Positions 60,192 through 64,000 of a stretch of DNA of 64,000 bases are shown one piece after another; the stretch's first letter is position 1, and each line of letters starts with the position of its first letter. Made by a program: the position numbers and the translations under genes. Source of the stretch: an uncultured Methanosarcinales archaeon (GTDB taxonomy: Archaea > Nanobdellota > Nanobdellia > Woesearchaeales > DSVV01); contig CAYVNO010000009.1 of the NCBI GenBank assembly GCA_964452935.1, positions 2,106 through 66,105 on the forward strand, in the 5' to 3' direction. Under the pieces are notes generated by a model that was not told where the DNA came from, searched no databases, and saw nothing but the letters and a program-made list of their open reading frames with translations.

Positions 60192-61103
60192 ATGATAATA
60201 AACAAACATACAACACCAATATTCTTAATAGTAGCAATTGTTGCTATTGTAGCTTTAATTTCAAACGCTAACTTTTCAGGAGACCTTGCTGGACAAGCAT
60301 ATGAAAAGATACCATGCACAGATTCAGATGGCAATGACCCATCAATTGCAGGAAAATATCACGGAAGTTTTGGAACCAAGGGAACAATCTCTGGAACAGA
60401 ACATTGTAGAAAAGACGGAGAACCAACAGACACTTGTATTGGCGAAGGCTGCGGAATGGCAGAATTCTATTGTGAAGATGAATTTAAACTAAGAAAACAA
60501 GTATACGAAGGAGGAACATGTGATCAAGGAGTTTTTACAAAAGAAGAAGTTGTTGAGGAGCCTGTAGAAGAAGAGATTGAAGAAGAACCAATCGAAGAAG
60601 AGGAAGTTATAGAAGAACCTATTGAAGAAGAAGTTGAAGAGGAGCTTTGTACTGAAACTGATGATGGTCAAGATTATTATAATTATGGAAAAAATGAAGG
60701 TTATATGGCTGGTACATGGACTGACACTTATGATGACATGTGTAGGGGTTCACCTTATTATGACTTAGTTGAATACTATTGTGATGGAAAAGATATTATA
60801 GCTATAACTGTAGATGTTCCTGAAGGTTACATGTGTCAGGATGGTGCTTTTATTCTTAAAGAAGAACATGAATACACATGTACTGACAGCGACGGTGGAC
60901 AAGATTATTATACATTAGGCATTACTAGTGGTTATATTGGTGATACGTGGTATGAAGATACTTATGATGATATGTGTAGGGGAGAGCCATATAATGATCT
61001 AGTTGAATACTATTGTGATGAAGATATCGATGAGATCAAAGGCGTACCTGTTGATCCTCCTGAAGGATATAAATGTGAAGACGGCATCTTTGTTCTAGAA
61101 TAA
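60192..61103 (+). CDS. Exported Cys-rich repeat surface protein with acidic linker
   Basis: N-terminal signal/TM; three CT(D/E)(S/T)DxGxD...G...C...L.EYYC...C.DG.F-type modules; EEPIEEE linker. Confidence 0.75.
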   Translation: MIINKHTTPIFLIVAIVAIVALISNANFSGDLAGQAYEKIPCTDSDGNDPSIAGKYHGSFGTKGTISGTEHCRKDGEPTDTCIGEGCGMAEFYCEDEFKLRKQVYEGGTCDQGVFTKEEVVEEPVEEEIEEEPIEEEEVIEEPIEEEVEEELCTETDDGQDYYNYGKNEGYMAGTWTDTYDDMCRGSPYYDLVEYYCDGKDIIAITVDVPEGYMCQDGAFILKEEHEYTCTDSDGGQDYYTLGITSGYIGDTWYEDTYDDMCRGEPYNDLVEYYCDEDIDEIKGVPVDPPEGYKCEDGIFVLE

Positions 61104-61147
61104 ATTTTTTTATTCTTTCCTATTTCTAAAAAAAAGAAAATAAAAAA

Positions 61148-61978
61148 TTAAAGTCCAAACAATGCAACTAACTGAGGATAACCAAAGACCTCAATCCCTG
61201 CTGCGATTACAATAACAACAAAACCAATCCCTAAAATAATCCAAGCATCTGTCATAACATGGTGGAACTTCTTAGAAAACAAATCTTCTCTTAACAAAGC
61301 CTTTGACATAACTCCACCAGTAATTGCTGCAGTAAAATAACTAAACGCTTCTGTTATCATGTGAGGTAAAAAGGGTAATAACCCAACTGCAAAAGCCAAA
61401 AGAGGATTCTTTGCACCTGCAACTGCAGACATCTTTGCATAATAAGCAAATATAACTCCCCAAACAGTTGCATTCCAAGTAATAAATAGAATTGAACCTG
61501 CACCATACACAAGAGATAAAACCAAACAAACAAACAAAACAATTATATTATTAATCAAGATTGACATAAATGTTGCTCCACCTGTTGCCTGTCCTGCGAT
61601 ACCTATTAAGTTCAGTTGGGGTGCAAACATGTGCATCAAAGAGTTCATAGGCAATATTAAAGATACCACACCAAACGTCAAAAACACACCTAAAAACATG
61701 AATATATAGATCTCAAATATATCTTTATGATCATTAAACAATTGTTTAATATGAAACTTCTTCTCCCTTATCTCAACATTCTCTTCATGCTGCAATAACT
61801 GATTCAAAGAGGGAATTAACAATATCGAAGTAAATGCAACAGTCATAAGACCAGGATTACTACCAAATATCAATCTAGCAGAAAATATACCAACAATAGA
61901 GTATATTACACCTAAAATAAAAGCATGCCTTGGCTTTTTTTCAATCCATTTCTCTTTAAAAACCTGTTCCAATACCAT
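61148..61978 (-). CDS. SpoIIM (DUF95)-like membrane protein (likely start 61978)
   Basis: ILINN, WNA, LPH...EA..Y, AAGIE motifs; multiple TM helices. Confidence 0.75.
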   Translation of the reverse strand: MVLEQVFKEKWIEKKPRHAFILGVIYSIVGIFSARLIFGSNPGLMTVAFTSILLIPSLNQLLQHEENVEIREKKFHIKQLFNDHKDIFEIYIFMFLGVFLTFGVVSLILPMNSLMHMFAPQLNLIGIAGQATGGATFMSILINNIIVLFVCLVLSLVYGAGSILFITWNATVWGVIFAYYAKMSAVAGAKNPLLAFAVGLLPFLPHMITEAFSYFTAAITGGVMSKALLREDLFSKKFHHVMTDAWIILGIGFVVIVIAAGIEVFGYPQLVALFGL

Positions 61979-61998
61979 GAATAACACCTCTTTTATAT

Positions 61999-62075
61999 AG
62001 CAAAGTGCACAATTAATATAATATTGCACTTTGCTTATTATGAGAAGGCATCAATATATATATAATATGCCTTCT
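61999..62075. repeat. Two adjacent inverted repeats, each with a 15-nt AT-rich spacer
   Basis: AGCAAAGTGCA-caattaatataatat-TGCACTTTGCT and AGAAGGCAT-caatatatatataat-ATGCCTTCT. Confidence 0.7.
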
Positions 62076-62161
62076 AATATAAATCTCTATTCAAAAGGAT
62101 ATATAAAACTTTCCACAATATTTATAAATAATCCTTGAATTCAGACTCTAGGTGAATATAT

Positions 62162-62671
62162 ATGGCAATATCGGAATTACAACCAAGGCAAGGAAAAGTC
62201 AATGTAGTAGCTGAAATAGTTGAAAAAGGCGAACCAAGGGCTATTGAAAAAGAGAACTTCTCAGGTAAAGTCTGCGATGCAAAAATCAAAGACTCATCTG
62301 GAGAAATAAAGCTAACATTATGGAACGAACAAGTTGATAAATTCAACGTAGGAGACATAATAAAAGTAGAAAATGGTTATGTTAACGAATGGCAAGGAGA
62401 ACTACAGTTATCCTCAGGAAAATTCGGAAATATTGAATTAGTTGAAAAATCAACAAAAGAACCAACTGCAGAACAATCAGAAACAACAGATGAAAAAACA
62501 GAAGAACAACTGATTGAAAAAGAAGGAGAAAAGACTGATTCAGGAGAACACATTTTAACAGAAGATGAAAAAACAGAATCAGAATTACTCAGCGAAGAAA
62601 AAGAAAAAGATGACCATGGAGAAAAGATTCTAACTCCAGACGAACAAGTAGAAGAAGAAATAATTGAGTAA
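62162..62671 (+). CDS. Single OB-fold ssDNA-binding protein (SSB/RPA-like) with acidic tail
   Basis: IKDSSGEIKLTLWNEQ, VENGYVNEWQGELQLSSGKFG. Confidence 0.85.
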   Translation: MAISELQPRQGKVNVVAEIVEKGEPRAIEKENFSGKVCDAKIKDSSGEIKLTLWNEQVDKFNVGDIIKVENGYVNEWQGELQLSSGKFGNIELVEKSTKEPTAEQSETTDEKTEEQLIEKEGEKTDSGEHILTEDEKTESELLSEEKEKDDHGEKILTPDEQVEEEIIE

Positions 62672-62727
62672 ACATAAATCATTTAAATCATAGTCAAGAC
62701 AGACAATACAGACTGAGCTCAATGGGG

Positions 62728-62758
62728 ATTTCATAAGCAAAAGCTTACGAGACCATAA
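62728..62758 (+). other. tRNA intron 1 (31 nt), acceptor stem position 4/5
   Basis: Helix ATGG/CCAT (4/4), bulges GG^A and AA^A, inner stem TTTC.TAAGC/GCTTA.GAGA. Confidence 0.8.
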
Positions 62759-62785
62759 ACGTAGCTCAGACTGGGAGAGCGCTAG

Positions 62786-62806
62786 TTTGCTTTCATGCAA
62801 AGCGAA
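62786..62806 (+). other. tRNA intron 2 (21 nt), position 30/31
   Basis: Strict BHB: outer AG/CT, helix CGCT/AGCG, bulges AG^T and AA^A, inner TTGC/GCAA. Confidence 0.85.
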
Positions 62807-62813
62807 ACTGAAG

Positions 62814-62870
62814 ATTCCAGTCCTGTAAGGTTTAGATCTGATGACTGCCTCGGCAGGATGATTATCAGAG
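62814..62870 (+). other. tRNA intron 3 (57 nt), canonical position 37/38
   Basis: Helix CTGA/TCAG, bulges AG^A and AG^A, closed by the anticodon stem once intron 2 is removed. Confidence 0.85.
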
Positions 62871-62887
62871 ATCTAGATGTCCTGGGT

Positions 62888-63535
62888 TCAAATCCCAGCG
62901 TCCCCATTTTTTAATTTCTTATATTTTTTAAGATTCTTAGGGTTAGAAAAACCAATTTCATTAAACCATTTATCAACCATATAATCTCCATTAAGAGAGA
63001 TCTTATACAGTCGATTATAGTTTCCTCGCTTATGACTTCGAAAACCTATTCTAAAGTTAGTAGAAAGAATTTCTTTCAACTGATTAGCAAGACCCATACT
63101 AATTGTATTAAGCTCAATCGAAGGATAATCTTTTCTATAACCTTTGTTAGCTAAGAACAAAGAACCATCTGTATCAACTATCCCCTTCAAACACTGAGTT
63201 AATAAACGCGGATCACAAATAATCTGTTCTGGGATAGTAACGTTTTTACATTTATCTTTATTTGGAACCATTTTAAGTTCTAAAACTAAGAATTCAACTA
63301 ATTTCCTAGAGTTAACTCTTAACCTTATAGCGCCTTGTCTAAAAAACAAATGAGACTTAAGATTGAACACATCCAATACCAAATCTCTTAAATAATTATA
63401 ATAGTCTTTCTCTTCATACATATTTCCTGCAATTTCAACATAATACTGACTAATATCTGGTTTATACCTAATACTACCATCACCAATTACAACACCTACA
63501 AACTCTGCAAGTTCCTTTGACATCTTATAATCCAT
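62888..63535 (-). CDS. Free-standing double-motif LAGLIDADG endonuclease-like protein (likely start 63535)
   Basis: LAEFVGVVIGDGS and CLKGIVDTDGS; the last codons overlap the tRNA 3' end on the opposite strand. Confidence 0.85.
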   Translation of the reverse strand: MDYKMSKELAEFVGVVIGDGSIRYKPDISQYYVEIAGNMYEEKDYYNYLRDLVLDVFNLKSHLFFRQGAIRLRVNSRKLVEFLVLELKMVPNKDKCKNVTIPEQIICDPRLLTQCLKGIVDTDGSLFLANKGYRKDYPSIELNTISMGLANQLKEILSTNFRIGFRSHKRGNYNRLYKISLNGDYMVDKWFNEIGFSNPKNLKKYKKLKNGDAGI

Positions 63536-63704
63536 ACAAATCCAAAACAACTTCTCATATATAAGCTTCACAGCTACATGTCCAGTGTAAAATAGCATGC
63601 TTCAGAAGCCTTCTAAACCAAAAATTCAAGCAATACAACCCAGTGGACATTAGGTGTCCAGTGCTATCTAAAAATTTATATACACAAACAGTTAATAAGA
63701 TAAT

Positions 63705-63959
63705 ATGATAACAATAGACCTATTAGGTTACATCGCAGGAATTCTTGTAGTAATCTCATTACTACCTCAAGCAATCAAAAGTTGGAAAACAAAATCAACA
63801 AAAGATATCTCTTTATGGAGATATATTATTTACACAGTTGGATTAATTCTATGGGTAACATATGCCATATTAATAAAAAACGGACCAGTCGCAGCAATGA
63901 ATTCAATTGGTTTATTATTGGCAATCTCAATTTTATACTTAAAGCTCAAACATGGTTAA
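63705..63959 (+). CDS. SemiSWEET/PQ-loop family small transporter
   Basis: LLPQAIKSWKTKSTKDIS, LWVTYA, three TM helices. Confidence 0.88.
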   Translation: MITIDLLGYIAGILVVISLLPQAIKSWKTKSTKDISLWRYIIYTVGLILWVTYAILIKNGPVAAMNSIGLLLAISILYLKLKHG

Positions 63960-64000
63960 TCAAACAATTGGTACTGAACTATGCCTATTTAATACCCTAT

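Larger units (their letters stand above)
62724..62906 (+). tRNA. tRNA-Phe(GAA) with three introns (exons 62724-27, 62759-85, 62807-13, 62871-906)
   Basis: Joined exons give GGGGACG TA GCTC AGACTGGGA GAGC G CTAGA CTGAAGA TCTAG ATGTC CTGGG TTCAAAT CCCAG CGTCCCC A, a perfect 74-nt cloverleaf with no encoded CCA. Confidence 0.92.

Noticed and set aside
903-62682. Numerous 60-150-aa ORFs antisense to or overlapping the called genes (e.g. 903-1097, 1040-1252, 6555-6974, 20852-21274, 41494-41910, 51113-51565)
   Set aside because: These are shadow ORFs of well-supported genes, with no motifs or SD signals.
62814-62870. A fourth, nested intron within tRNA intron 3
   Set aside because: Internal stems exist (TCCTG/CAGGA, CTGCC/GGCAG) but I could not draw a clean helix-bulge splice geometry.

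Overview
AT-rich archaeal chromosome segment, most consistent with a DPANN/Woesearchaeota-like organism. This is inferred from archaeal-type ValRS, GlyRS, RFC large subunit, SecD/SecF, UMP kinase, a four-subunit POR, TrmB, and a BHB-intron tRNA without encoded CCA. Five things stand out. (1) porA is interrupted inside its conserved YPITPQ|T motif by a 30-nt, stop-containing hairpin with bulge-helix-bulge (BHB)-like geometry. Its core (TAAGCAAWAGCTTAC) is shared with an intron in the acceptor stem of a three-intron tRNA-Phe, so this is a candidate tRNA-type micro-intron in an mRNA. (2) A ~24 kb locus encodes one stand-alone PEP-synthase ATP-grasp subunit and 13 paralogous 'variable domain + phospho-His swivel domain' subunits, with a tandem YvoF-like acetyltransferase, Pta and TrmB. 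This looks like a split, strongly diversified dikinase system. (3) A six-gene cluster resembles a ubiquitin-like conjugation system: tandem E1, JAB, candidate E2 and Ubl, and an SH3-like repeat protein. (4) A complete bacterial-type primary sigma-70 gene lies between archaeal valS and rfcL. (5) Several structured non-coding elements are present, including a covarying two-hairpin leader shared by pyrH and pta. All assignments come from reading the sequence and recognising motifs; no searches were run.
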